This document shows, piece by piece, positions 1 through 10,330 of a stretch of DNA of 42,444 nt (position 1 is its first letter; each line of letters begins with the position of its first letter). Source of the DNA: Stramenopiles sp. TOSAG23-3 (Eukaryota); assembly GCA_900128585.1 (NCBI GenBank), contig LT642176.1, positions 1 through 42,444 of the forward strand, given 5' to 3'. The translations under genes were made by a program, and so were the position numbers. The notes beneath the pieces were generated by a model. The model was not told the DNA's origin, ran no database searches, and saw only the letters and a program-made list of their open reading frames with translations.

Positions 1-2
1 GG

Positions 3-710
3 GCTATTCAAGAGAACATTTCCAAAGGAAATTCGTCTCTACGGCAAGCGATTCACGATGGGTTCGTTCTCACGGATAGCCAATATTGTAAAATATGCGA
101 AGACGACGATGAACGAGTTGATGGATCGACAGCTACCGTGGTGGTCCACGACACGGCGGAGAATGAGCTGCACATTGGCCAAGTCGGCGACAGCCGGGCA
201 ATCCTTGTGAAGAAAACGGGCTCGTGCACTTGTCTACACGATATACACTTGCCCACTGAAGAGGGAGAACGAAAACGGATTGCAGCATTGGGAGGAACGT
301 TAAAACCTGATTCTGGCGGGGTGTTGAGGGTAGAAGGGGTTTTAATGGTCAGTCGCAGCATTGGAGATTCGTACCTGAAGAAATTCGTAACAGGCCACCC
401 CTCCACCCACACGTTCAAGTTATCTACCACTCGGCCGGAACTTTACGGTGCCGCAGGCAGCGTGGACGAGGAACCCAGTGATATGTTTCTTGTCCTAGGA
501 AGTGACGGTCTATTTGACTACGTCCAACCCAGCGAGATGGGAAACATGTTATCGGGGTGTAAAAACATTGACGAGGCAAAATCATGCTGTGAGCGCGCCG
601 TGTGCACTGCGCTTGCTCGCGGCAGCGAAGACAACATTACCCTTATGGCGGTCCCTTTGATCCCGTCTCTAAAAAGAGGGCGCAAGGAATCAAGCTTTTG
701 CGAAGACTAA
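3..710 (+). CDS. Protein phosphatase 2C (PPM family), 5'-partial
   Basis: Frame is open from base 3 (AIQENISKG...DGSTATVVV). PP2C motifs present: GSTA, VGDSRA, SRSIGD, LGSDGLFD, EDNIT. Confidence 0.93.
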   Translation, partial: AIQENISKGNSSLRQAIHDGFVLTDSQYCKICEDDDERVDGSTATVVVHDTAENELHIGQVGDSRAILVKKTGSCTCLHDIHLPTEEGERKRIAALGGTLKPDSGGVLRVEGVLMVSRSIGDSYLKKFVTGHPSTHTFKLSTTRPELYGAAGSVDEEPSDMFLVLGSDGLFDYVQPSEMGNMLSGCKNIDEAKSCCERAVCTALARGSEDNITLMAVPLIPSLKRGRKESSFCED

Positions 711-975
711 ACTAAAACTCTTAATTATTTTTGAAGTGTGTCGCGAACCTTTTACATATAATGCACCGAAATCTTAAAAATATTTTATCAGAATTGTAAA
801 AAGAGAGTATTATTTAAGAATTCTTAATTAATGTTAGCAGTCGTATTAATGCCCCGGTCAAATGATCCTAAGATACAGCGACCTTATACAAAAACACATT
901 TTCTCAACAGCGCCGGCAGTCACCATGACCACCTGGGAACATGTCAGTATCATAAATATCGAATCGAAACAGTCT

Positions 976-2127
976 TTAACAACTCGGTGCCACGTCATTT
1001 TCCACATATTTCCCATAAATACATATGTTGCATGGGCCTGGCATATTTTCAACAACCGTAGACGACACCACATACTTTTTACCCTCCGTGCAATTTGGGG
1101 TCGACGACGAGCTTTTGCCCAGCAACCCTTTGCCCAGAAAGTCTTCTGCCTTCTCAAGAAGGTATTTTACAAGCTGAGGGTGCGTCTTCACACGAGACCC
1201 GTCCCGTAAGATACGATTAGGAAAAAGCTTGGGGAAAACGCAGCATGGAACGACCGCAAATACCTTTTTGTCAGTTAAAGACATTTCTACTATGTCATCT
1301 GTTGCTTGATCAGGGTGCAAGCCTAATACCAAGTCTGCATTTTCCCACAGTTTTGCGCAAGTCTCATTCACAGTTTCTTTGGAAAACGAAGAATCAAATT
1401 TTCCACAAAACTGCTTTCCAAAACCGATTTCAGTGTAGTGCTTCTTCACTTTATTGAGGTCACAATCATTCAATATTGTGGCCTTGACTTTTGGGTGAAG
1501 CCACGAGCATTTCAATTCACCAACATTACCGTCAGTTGGGAAAGCACTTTGGCCGACACTCTCCTCTGCACTATTGTTGCTCTTTCCAAGAGCTTCTTTG
1601 ACCAGCAATGTTGATTTGAAACGGGTGAGTCGCATACACATTGGGTCAACAACGACACTACATACGCCGTTCCCTCCACATATGTCCAACACAAGGGGGG
1701 ATGCAGTACTGTCGCTTTGAGAGGGTTTTAGCAACAGTTTTTCGTCGCACAAAAATTGATGAAAAGCTGCAAAACGCTGTTTCTGCTTCTTTCGGTGAGC
1801 GTTTACTTTTCTATTCATCCGGTTTCGGTTTCGCTGCGGCATTTCCGTGGTTGAACCTTCTTCCATTTTAAAATGTTTCAGCCTCTGCTGCCTTCGACAC
1901 TCTTCCGTTTTCCGGCGTTTTGCATCCATAAACTCTACTTCTGTATACCACCTGGTTGTGCCATCACTACTTTCTTCTAAAACAACGCGGTGCGTCGCTC
2001 GCAATGATTTTCTAATCGAGTCAGCTTCTTCATACCGCTTGCGTCCCCGTAGCTTCGCCCGCTTGTCGACAAGCCTTTTAATGGTTTCCCGCTCTTCTTC
2101 AGTGAAGGAGTTAGTGGAAGACTCCAT
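976..2127 (-). CDS. Putative SAM-dependent methyltransferase-like protein with an N-terminal CysRS anticodon-binding-like domain
   Basis: 383-aa ORF. N-terminal 'KRAKLRGRKRYEEADSIRKSL...VVLEESSDGTTRW' resembles the CysRS C-terminal helical domain. C-terminal part has VLDICGG, VVDP, GLHPDQATD and FAVVPCCVFP, typical of an uncharacterised Rossmann MTase-like family. Confidence 0.65.
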   Translation of the reverse strand: MESSTNSFTEEERETIKRLVDKRAKLRGRKRYEEADSIRKSLRATHRVVLEESSDGTTRWYTEVEFMDAKRRKTEECRRQQRLKHFKMEEGSTTEMPQRNRNRMNRKVNAHRKKQKQRFAAFHQFLCDEKLLLKPSQSDSTASPLVLDICGGNGVCSVVVDPMCMRLTRFKSTLLVKEALGKSNNSAEESVGQSAFPTDGNVGELKCSWLHPKVKATILNDCDLNKVKKHYTEIGFGKQFCGKFDSSFSKETVNETCAKLWENADLVLGLHPDQATDDIVEMSLTDKKVFAVVPCCVFPKLFPNRILRDGSRVKTHPQLVKYLLEKAEDFLGKGLLGKSSSSTPNCTEGKKYVVSSTVVENMPGPCNICIYGKYVENDVAPSC

Positions 2128-2613
2128 TGTGTTGCATACCTTCTCTTTTTTAATTTTCTTTGAAAATCTATTTGAAGAGGCAAAAACTTTCTCCTCTTTT
2201 TTTATTAAATGTATTGTCTAAGCGGAAATCAATGTATTCATAGTTTCATTTATATAATTACTTTTTTTTACACTCCGGCATTGAACGAACTGGGACATGA
2301 CACATTTACTACCGGTAACCGGTAAGTAATATTATACCAACCACCAACTCGAAACTAAATGAAAAATGAAAAAAAACCGATGCTATGCTATGTTGATGTT
2401 ACATATCGTTATTTGGATTGTTTTATTCTTTCGATTCGTGCTGGCACCAATGGACGCGGCGGAAGAGGGTTGAAACGAAAGACGAGGAAGAATCTAATTT
2501 CTAATTTAAGTACTCCCGTACTTAGTACGATCTTATTTACTTTTAAATTACTTTGTAAGGAGTAATTCTTATATAAAACATCTCGCTCCTCACGCAACAC
2601 ACCGCCGTTCAGT

Positions 2614-5109
2614 TCAGAAGAGATTTCTGGTGACCGGGTCATCGGCAAGGGCAAACACAACGTCGTCCATCAGGACATTTAGACGAACTTTCGGTTGCCA
2701 CTCGTAGTCAATGGATCGTTTCTCCATCCCCAGCAGCCCAGAAGCAGCAAGCCGCCGGCACAGGGCCTTTATCTCCATACATTTCGGGTGCTGACTTTGT
2801 ACCCCCCCCCGCGTTCGGCACAAACTTTCAAACCGTCGCACTACATCGTCGTAAAATATTTCCTCGATGCCGCTAGAACGAATTTGCAGAACCACAGCAG
2901 CGAGCATTATGCGCTCGAATTTGGCTGCGCTTTTGACTGCCAAAATGTACGCAGTAGATGTTAACTCTTTGTGAGCAGCGTTGATGTGCCGAATGGTTAC
3001 ACACGGGGCCTTGTTCCCGGTTTTACTAAGCTCAATATCTTGTTCGTCCTGAGCTTCGCGGTCGCATATTTCAGCTGCTCGCCTCGCAATCTGCAGTGCA
3101 CGGCGAATGTCGCCGGAGATAGATGCTACTTTCCGCGCACAAATTTCGACAGCTGTATCTTCAAAAACTTCAAGCTCTCCAAGCCTGGCTTTCATGATCG
3201 TTTCAATCTGCGATACCGTATACCCCGGAAAAATCACACGCTCTAGCCCCATACGACTTGAAATGCGAGGGAGCAAACGCTCTGGCAGATCCATCGTGTT
3301 TGCAATCCCGACCACGATCAGTCGAGCGTACCGTCGGGACGGCCAGTCAAAGAGGTTGTAAAGGACGGTTTGCTTCCTGGTTACCATATAGTCCAATTCG
3401 TCCACTAACAAAACGCAGCAAGACCGTTTCGAGGAAGGCGTCGAAAATCTACGTTCAAGAAGCATGGCCGCCCGCTTCACTGGAGCGTCTTCCCCCGTTA
3501 ATGCTTTCCAAATAATAGAGTAGGCTTCGTAAGGGTGTGGTAATTTCATACCATTTATCTCGATGAATTGAAAATCTGGAGAAATTCCTTTCGCCGCGTT
3601 GGCCTTCAAGGTTCTCACAACCTCCATCACTGTCGCAGTTTTGCCCGTTCCAGGCATCCCTGAAATGTACAATGCGTTTCCAAGACCCCCCCTGTCTACA
3701 GCCCCTTTCAGGAACGTCATTATCTGCCCCCTTTCTTTTTCCCTGCAGGGAAGGGACTTGGGCACGTGAGACAACTGCAGCGCAGCACAGGCGCGGGCGC
3801 AGCCCTCAAACGATTGTTTGCTGCTCTTTCGCATGTTGCCCCTGACTATCATAGGCGCTTCGAAATCCTCATCTCCGACAGTATTCGATTCGTTGCTATT
3901 GCGTGTGCCCGCATCGAGATCGTCATCACTGTTCGGGCCCGATTTTCCATCAAAATGGTCATAAGATTTCATCCTTTTACTGTATATACGAGCCCGTTTG
4001 ACCCTTTTGTCTGCCCCCAGGATGGGCCGAATTATCCGAGTTTTTGTACTGTAAAAGGCTTTGCAAAAAAACGCCTGTTTTTCTTGCGACAGGCTTGTGC
4101 GCTTTTTGGCAGCATAAAAGTCGGTTTCCGTCATCACCTCAGCCTTTCCTTCGATACAATCGATAGTGTTCTCATCTACATGATCACTTTCATACAACTC
4201 ATGCGGCGATGCTTCCGATAGCCATCGATGGGAACGGTTTCCAGCCCCCGCCCAGTTGCTTCGGTGTATCTTTGCCGTCCGGGACGAATAAAACCATCGT
4301 CCTTCAAACCACTTTTCCATGTACTGGTCTTCCCAGAGACTTTCCAATTCTGCAACCCAAAGGTCATCTTCTTCGTCGTCCATTCGCACAAAAACACAAT
4401 CTCCAATGTGATACTCATCCTCGTCTAGACGGAAGCCCTCATAGTACTTATCCGTATTAGCTTTGTCTCCTTTCTTGTCAACCGTTTCAATATTCTTCAA
4501 GGGCTTCCCGATCCACCTCACTCGACGAGTGCCCCCTGGCGTGCGGGCAATGGAGCGTGGATTGGATGGAGTTCGGCTAACTGGTGTGCTTGCGACTGCC
4601 ACAGAAGTCGAGCGAGCCTTCGGGACAGGGGATTTTGCCCCAGACTCGCCAGCGCCACTACTTGGTTTGCGGCAACTTCTCTTCTCGCCAGGGTTTTCCA
4701 TCCGTTCTAACTCCTTCTGGGTCCGCTTTCGTGACGTTCGAGTGCCGCTCTCTTGTTGGTGGTTATCATTTTTGGCTGACTCTTCACCAGGACTCTCGTT
4801 CCCGTCGCCATTCTCCATGTACTGGTTTGCTTCTTCCACCGCCCGTCGAAAGAACGCCGAACGACAGCGTTTTATCATTTGTTCTTTGTACTCTTCGAAA
4901 AGCCTGATGTTCTCCGATTTTGCTTCGGCGTATGTTTCATCACCAAAAAATACAACATTGATTTTATCCTCTGCAAGGACAGCGTCCGCATTATCCCCAG
5001 CGTCTTCTCCTACCTCTTCAGTGGATGCAATTTTCGCAGGCCACCAAGGGTGGCCTTGAATCTTTGCCCATACCACTGTCCCAGACTCGAACGCCTCAGG
5101 GGCCAACAT
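2614..5109 (-). CDS. ORC1: Origin recognition complex subunit 1 with PWWP + BAH + AAA+ + winged-helix domains
   Basis: LPCREKE, Walker A GMPGTGKT, Walker B LLVDELD, LYNLFDW, GIANTMDLPE, SGDIRRAL. BAH-like YHIGDCVFV...WFEGRWFY...ELYESDHVDEN. PWWP VWAKIQGHPWWPA. First ATG is at 5109; the ORF track starts at a GTG. Confidence 0.93.
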   Translation of the reverse strand: MLAPEAFESGTVVWAKIQGHPWWPAKIASTEEVGEDAGDNADAVLAEDKINVVFFGDETYAEAKSENIRLFEEYKEQMIKRCRSAFFRRAVEEANQYMENGDGNESPGEESAKNDNHQQESGTRTSRKRTQKELERMENPGEKRSCRKPSSGAGESGAKSPVPKARSTSVAVASTPVSRTPSNPRSIARTPGGTRRVRWIGKPLKNIETVDKKGDKANTDKYYEGFRLDEDEYHIGDCVFVRMDDEEDDLWVAELESLWEDQYMEKWFEGRWFYSSRTAKIHRSNWAGAGNRSHRWLSEASPHELYESDHVDENTIDCIEGKAEVMTETDFYAAKKRTSLSQEKQAFFCKAFYSTKTRIIRPILGADKRVKRARIYSKRMKSYDHFDGKSGPNSDDDLDAGTRNSNESNTVGDEDFEAPMIVRGNMRKSSKQSFEGCARACAALQLSHVPKSLPCREKERGQIMTFLKGAVDRGGLGNALYISGMPGTGKTATVMEVVRTLKANAAKGISPDFQFIEINGMKLPHPYEAYSIIWKALTGEDAPVKRAAMLLERRFSTPSSKRSCCVLLVDELDYMVTRKQTVLYNLFDWPSRRYARLIVVGIANTMDLPERLLPRISSRMGLERVIFPGYTVSQIETIMKARLGELEVFEDTAVEICARKVASISGDIRRALQIARRAAEICDREAQDEQDIELSKTGNKAPCVTIRHINAAHKELTSTAYILAVKSAAKFERIMLAAVVLQIRSSGIEEIFYDDVVRRFESLCRTRGGVQSQHPKCMEIKALCRRLAASGLLGMEKRSIDYEWQPKVRLNVLMDDVVFALADDPVTRNLF

Positions 5110-5175
5110 CGGGTAGGTATCGTCCGAAAATGTGACACCAGCAGCAATACGGTCCAATAAAATGCCACGGCCCAC

Positions 5176-5362
5176 CTGCGCGTCTAATACTTGTATTTTA
5201 TAAATTTCGTTCAGGCCAATCCCTTGTTTTACTAAAATTTAAAAGGGTTTCTTCTTTTTGAACCAAGAATGACTTCACTCAAAAAATGCACAATGTGTGT
5301 GGTATCGTTTGCTTTAAATCGTGATGGGGAAGATTCTTTTATTCCTTTTCTTTGCCACTTAC
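5176..5362 (-). other. Candidate 5'-UTR intron of ORC1
   Basis: Minus-strand GTAAGT at 5362 and CAG|G acceptor at 5176, 67 nt upstream of the ATG. Confidence 0.45.
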
Positions 5363-5460
5363 TCTTTATTTATAAATATATGTATGTATATATTTATTAC
5401 CAAATATGAATAGTGTATATTTTTTTGAATATTTTAATAATAATAAAATATAATAATAAT

Positions 5461-5530
5461 AAAAAAAAGAAAGAAAGAAAAAAGGGAAGAACGAAAAAAG
5501 AAAGAAAGAACGAAAGAAAGAAAGAATGAA
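5461..5530. repeat. (AAAG)n purine tract
   Basis: Directly visible low-complexity tract upstream of ORC1. Confidence 0.85.
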
Positions 5531-5703
5531 TTCAAACTTCTTTCTTCGGGGGTTTGTAGTTGTATGTGAAGTTTAATATTGTAAGAAAACATTTTGTCTA
5601 TTAAGAGGATTTATTTCCTCATCATCACAGAGCCACAGGTTTTTTTTGTACAGAATTTCTTAAAACTAATCCCAACTACCTCTTATCCGTGCCAGTGTCA
5701 GGG

Positions 5704-6963
5704 TTATCCATGCTTTTGAGAACTTTTGATAGCCTTCAAAGTTTGCTCTATCCAGGACGTAAACTCAAACGAAACAGCTCCATTCTTTGCGCGAGCAACG
5801 ATCTTGGAATTCAAGTTCCCCGAATCTTCTGGGCCCCAATTGAACTCTGTACTTGTCCGAATTTTCCCACTTTCAAACGCGCTGCCCCCCGTCGCCCCAG
5901 GCGTCGACGCCCTGGGGCTTTCTTGCATCGCACTAGGCACAAATATCAATGTCTCGGTAGAATGCTCAGCTTTTTCGTGCAAAAAATCTGGCACCTCAAC
6001 CCCCCGTTCCCCTTCCAGTCTCAAATCTGCCACAACTGTGCTGCCCGCGGTAAGCGTAACCCTCCCATTTTCTGAAGATATTTCTGATGTGGAATTGTTT
6101 TCGACTTTGTCGACATGGCAAGTCACATTACCATCGGAACACTTTACGTTCACACTCCCATCTGCACTCGTAATTGTAACGCTGTCACGGCTCTGGACAG
6201 ACAAGGAACCCTGGACATGCCCAAGGGAAACCTGTCCTCTAGGCGCCTTCAACCTATAGCTTCCGCCGTACATCGCATCAATATCAATCCCTTCCCCGCC
6301 AAATGCTTCAACACTAATGTGCTTTCCCATGAGCCGTTTGCCCTTTACTTTGGTGGCACAAATTTCTTGGTCGCCTTCGAGCCATGTAGGAACATCCACA
6401 GTACCGTTTTGAGTCTTTAATTGTATCGCTTCGCCCCGCGCCTTGTTCACGGTGATGTCCCCTTCCGGCACGCTAACGGCCAGGTTGCCTTCGAGTTTCC
6501 CAGACATGGAGAAGTTAGTTGGCACAGCACTATCGATGGAAATGTTTGAATGCTCTGGAATCGCCACTGAAATTTTTACACATTTTGACGCCGACTTTCC
6601 TATATTATCAATGTTTACGTGCGTCGCAGTTCTTCCATTCGCGCAAGTTTCCTCGCTTATATCGACGTTCTCGTGTAGCAGCGTGCCGCCACCTTGCTCG
6701 TGTTCAACGCTCAGTCGGAACTCATCGGACCAGGTTGGACGCACGGAGACTTCATAAATCTGCTGGCCCGAATTACCATTCCCAAGTACTATGCCCAACT
6801 TTCCTGCCTGGCCGTATGCAGCATTTTTGTAACACTGACTGCTTTCAGACGAATATCTAGGCCGACCCGTGGAACAGCCCAGCGTTTTCAAGGACCGAGC
6901 GGACGGTGACATAGCGCGCAACCATTTCTTGCTCGAGCAGACACCGGGCCGTGGGAGAAGCAT
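5704..6963 (-). CDS. DUF4097/adhesin-like beta-repeat protein (FAM185A-like), probably mitochondrial
   Basis: Repeated GxIxV/GxVxL beta-strand units (EGDITV, NGTVDV, RGQVSL, DGSVNV, DGNVTC, NGRVTL). Arg/Ser-rich N-terminus resembles a transit peptide. First ATG at 6963. Confidence 0.7.
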   Translation of the reverse strand: MLLPRPGVCSSKKWLRAMSPSARSLKTLGCSTGRPRYSSESSQCYKNAAYGQAGKLGIVLGNGNSGQQIYEVSVRPTWSDEFRLSVEHEQGGGTLLHENVDISEETCANGRTATHVNIDNIGKSASKCVKISVAIPEHSNISIDSAVPTNFSMSGKLEGNLAVSVPEGDITVNKARGEAIQLKTQNGTVDVPTWLEGDQEICATKVKGKRLMGKHISVEAFGGEGIDIDAMYGGSYRLKAPRGQVSLGHVQGSLSVQSRDSVTITSADGSVNVKCSDGNVTCHVDKVENNSTSEISSENGRVTLTAGSTVVADLRLEGERGVEVPDFLHEKAEHSTETLIFVPSAMQESPRASTPGATGGSAFESGKIRTSTEFNWGPEDSGNLNSKIVARAKNGAVSFEFTSWIEQTLKAIKSSQKHG

Positions 6964-7923
6964 TTGAAAAAACACACCAAAACGCTTGGATGAGGACAAA
7001 AACAATATTTCTCAATACCCTGTTCGACTTGCACAGGTTGAAATTGCACATATATATCTATCCTTGAATCCTAACGCCCATCGTGTAGAAGGTATGCAAA
7101 TAAATGATATCTCTTCTGGTGTGAGAGAGAGTGTGGTTTCTTCGTTCTCTTTTACTGTCTACTATTTTTTTTATTATTTATATTATTATTATTATTATTC
7201 GATCGAACACATTCTTCATTCCTTCTTCTTCTTCCTTCTTCATCCAAAATAACCCAACCCATTCTTCTTCCATGTTAAATTAAGGAGAAGAGAGATATTG
7301 TTTATTATTTAAATTATATATAAGTATTATTATAAGGGAATATCTGTCATTTTTATTATACAGACTATGAGTAATAGTCCTCTAACAAAACAAAGTGATA
7401 TTAAATAAATAAATATAAAAGTGATACTACTGGATAAAAACCTTAATATATATATATATACCATAGGAGATTATCTTTTTATTTATTATATTTTTTATTT
7501 ATTTATAAGAAGAAGAGGAGGCAGGCACGTACCGGTTCTTACTACAGGCAGGTACCAACGAGAAAAAAATAATAATAAAAAAGGAGAAGAAAAAAAAGAA
7601 GAAGACCGCCGACAAAATATTATTATTTTTTATTATTATTTATTACAACAGCAGCAGGCAGCAGCAGTATTTATTAATATTATTATTAATATTATTATCT
7701 CTTCTTCTTCTTCTTCTATAATAATAATATATTAGAATAATTTTACTACCTACCCCCCCCCTTTCTTCTTCGCATCTCCCCCTTCGTTCTTGCTTGTTGT
7801 TATGGTGAATATTCCTACCATAGTCGATACAAAAGATATTTTCATCGAGGAAAAAGGTGGGTAAGATAATTCACGGGAGAATGGGCCAGAGCCGTGGTTT
7901 TTAGTACGTTTGTACATATAATT

Positions 7924-8496
7924 ATGCTCGTCTCCCGGCGTTGCTTAAAGCATGTCCGAAGGATAGTAAGGGAATTTTCTTCGGGCAAACGGGCGTACCC
8001 AGCGCTGCCGATGTTGGGTTGTGCAGTCAGTGTGTTTTCAAAGGATTTGAAAAGTGTCATACTTATAGAACGAGGAAACCCTCCAAACAAGGGGATGTGG
8101 AGCTTGCCGGGCGGACTAATTGATGTCGGAGAGTTGGTCGAAAACGCCGCGGTACGAGAAGTGTACGAAGAAACGGGAATAAAAGTTAGAGTGTTAAAGG
8201 ATGCAACGCTTGGGGCTTCTGCTAGTGTCAGCCCTTCATTTTGCCAGACGGAGCATATAATTTATGATGACAAGGATGCCTGTGAATACCATTACATCCT
8301 GGCGCATCTAGTAAGTATTGCAGAAAGCCCAACTTCGGATATTGTTGCAAACGACGATGTTTCAGATGCCATGTTCGTGGATTGTGAAAAATTACTGGAT
8401 GGATCATTCGAGAAAGACAACCCGAAGTTCAAACTCACGCCGAAGACCAAGGATATCGTTGAGCTCGCCGTCGCGGTATTGCCACGGTATAAGTAA
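7924..8496 (+). CDS. Nudix hydrolase (ADP-ribose pyrophosphatase-like), possibly mitochondrial
   Basis: Nudix box GLIDVGELVENAAVREVYEETGI preceded by WSLPG. Basic N-terminus MLVSRRCLKHVRR. First ATG at 7924. Confidence 0.92.
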   Translation: MLVSRRCLKHVRRIVREFSSGKRAYPALPMLGCAVSVFSKDLKSVILIERGNPPNKGMWSLPGGLIDVGELVENAAVREVYEETGIKVRVLKDATLGASASVSPSFCQTEHIIYDDKDACEYHYILAHLVSIAESPTSDIVANDDVSDAMFVDCEKLLDGSFEKDNPKFKLTPKTKDIVELAVAVLPRYK

Positions 8497-8761
8497 TTTC
8501 TTCAGGTGACAAGAATTAATTAAAATTCACTTGACGGGATTGGTATAATATGAAAAGTTTAAACTTTATCCCAATATAAATGATTTCTTTATAACACAAA
8601 TGTCGTACTTTAGTACTGTAATTATCTTACCAAGCATGATATCATATACAAATGTACGTCATTCCGAATTCTGATCATAAAAAAAAAAGAGAGTTACACG
8701 CGAAGACACGCATATTTTTCAAAGCAGTCCGGTGCAAATTCGAAACTTAGACCACGTAAAT

Positions 8762-9838
8762 TTACTTTTGCGTTACGGTTGCTGTCCCCAAACAGTCTGG
8801 CAAATACTTGTCGACGCCTAGCTCGGCCAAATAATCTCGCTTCGAGTTGTAAGCCTGCAACGAAGCAAACACGATCGCAGCACCAACAAAAAATTGGATT
8901 GTGATAACGAAGTCAAACAAGTAAACCGATGCCAAACTCGCCAAGATAACGCCAACGGAGGTTACGAAACCTTTGATGATATTGTCCGCATACTTCAGGA
9001 CTGCCCCTACAAGCAGCCCCCCTCCCGCCTGAAGGAGAATAGCAACCCACAAGGATGTTTTGAATTCGTTGAACATGCCGTATTCTATAATCTTGGTCCG
9101 GTCCTTCGACAACATTGCGATCGTGCTACCAACAACACCGAAAAAGGCCAGACAAATGTTCTTCGTCCACATCGTGGGCTCCCAGGTGTGCAGCACGTCG
9201 TCCGGCTTGGTGTCCTTTGTGGATTTCATTGCCCATTCCATGAACGTCCCAGCAATACCACTGGTCACAGTAGCACAGCACGCACAGATTAGGCCAAGCA
9301 TGTAATTCTGCGACGCTTCTTCGTCCGACACTTTCCCGCCACTCGGCTTCCACTGGGCGAGCGTTACTCCTACGAAAAGAAAGAGAATCGCCACCCATTT
9401 CTGTTTCCCAAGCACACGTCTGAAAAATATCACGTTAATAATAGCTGCAGAGAACACTTTCAGCTGGTAAACTACGGTGTAAATGGCCGGTGGGAGGTTT
9501 CCGATCGCAACCATGTTCAAGTTGTTTTGAATCACGTACAGAAAGGATGGTATTGCCAAGGCGAGGAAAGAGGACGGTCGCTTGATAACGGACTCGTTCA
9601 AGTCGCGGAGCAAGCCTTGGTAGCCTTTCTCGGCGGTGATAACACCAATACAGATCAAACATTTCAGCAATTCCACACAAAAAATGGCAGTGCTGACGCT
9701 ATACGTAGACTCTTGCCCTGGCGTTGTCATACTGGCATAGTGCGTCACAATGATAACAGATGTGTTTTGGATCGCTAGCAAAGCCAATAGCTTCGCACGG
9801 AACAAGGCGGAGGCCTTGCTGTTGTTGCCGGCACTCAT
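8762..9838 (-). CDS. Nucleotide-sugar transporter (SLC35A; UDP-galactose/CMP-sialic acid transporter-like)
   Basis: Multi-TM protein with ELLK, PSFLYVIQNNL, YQLKV, GGLLVGAVLKYADNIIKGF. First ATG at 9838. Confidence 0.93.
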   Translation of the reverse strand: MSAGNNSKASALFRAKLLALLAIQNTSVIIVTHYASMTTPGQESTYSVSTAIFCVELLKCLICIGVITAEKGYQGLLRDLNESVIKRPSSFLALAIPSFLYVIQNNLNMVAIGNLPPAIYTVVYQLKVFSAAIINVIFFRRVLGKQKWVAILFLFVGVTLAQWKPSGGKVSDEEASQNYMLGLICACCATVTSGIAGTFMEWAMKSTKDTKPDDVLHTWEPTMWTKNICLAFFGVVGSTIAMLSKDRTKIIEYGMFNEFKTSLWVAILLQAGGGLLVGAVLKYADNIIKGFVTSVGVILASLASVYLFDFVITIQFFVGAAIVFASLQAYNSKRDYLAELGVDKYLPDCLGTATVTQK

Positions 9839-10109
9839 TTGTTTCTTTCTTCTGGGAAGGGCTATTAAGGTAGTTTTTTTAATTTCGATGATCACGTTGG
9901 AGTTATTACGTAGATGTATCAAATGCAGTGACTAAACAAAACCTGTGAAGCCCCGTTCGTGAACATCTTTTTCTTATCTTTTTTACCTTTTGCTTTAGAT
10001 TACAGATTACAGATTACTATAATAATAGAGACTAATTATTCGAAAAAAGAGGAGAGGAGGAGGGAGATAATTATTAAAAAAGATACCGTGTTGTCTCACA
10101 ATCAATAAT

Positions 10110-10330
10110 CATCTTCTTCTCTTTCTCCTCTTCTCTTTCTCCTCTCCTCCTTCTTCCTCTCTCTCTTCTTTTTTCTTCTTCTTTCTTCTTCTTTCTTCTT
10201 CTTTCTTCTTCTTTCTTTCTTTCTCTTCTTCTTCTTTCTTCTTTCTTCTTCTTTTTCTTCTTCTTCTTCTTCTTCTTCTTCTTCTTCTTCTTCTTCTTCT
10301 TCTTTCTTCTTCTTCTTCTTCTTCTTCTTC
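10110..10330. repeat. (TTC)n / (GAA)n microsatellite tract
   Basis: About 220 bp of pure pyrimidine with TTC units. Confidence 0.95.

Noticed and set aside
4463..5059. Long antisense ORFs over real genes (e.g. 4463-5059, 13044-13661, 15702-16427, 36078-36830, 39031-39861)
   Set aside because: Shadow frames of GC-rich coding sequence with no independent motifs.
5110..5175. GTG/TTG-initiated N-terminal extensions in the ORF track (ORC1, 7005, 7894, 9922, 20875, 42035)
   Set aside because: The context is eukaryotic, so the first in-frame ATG was used instead.
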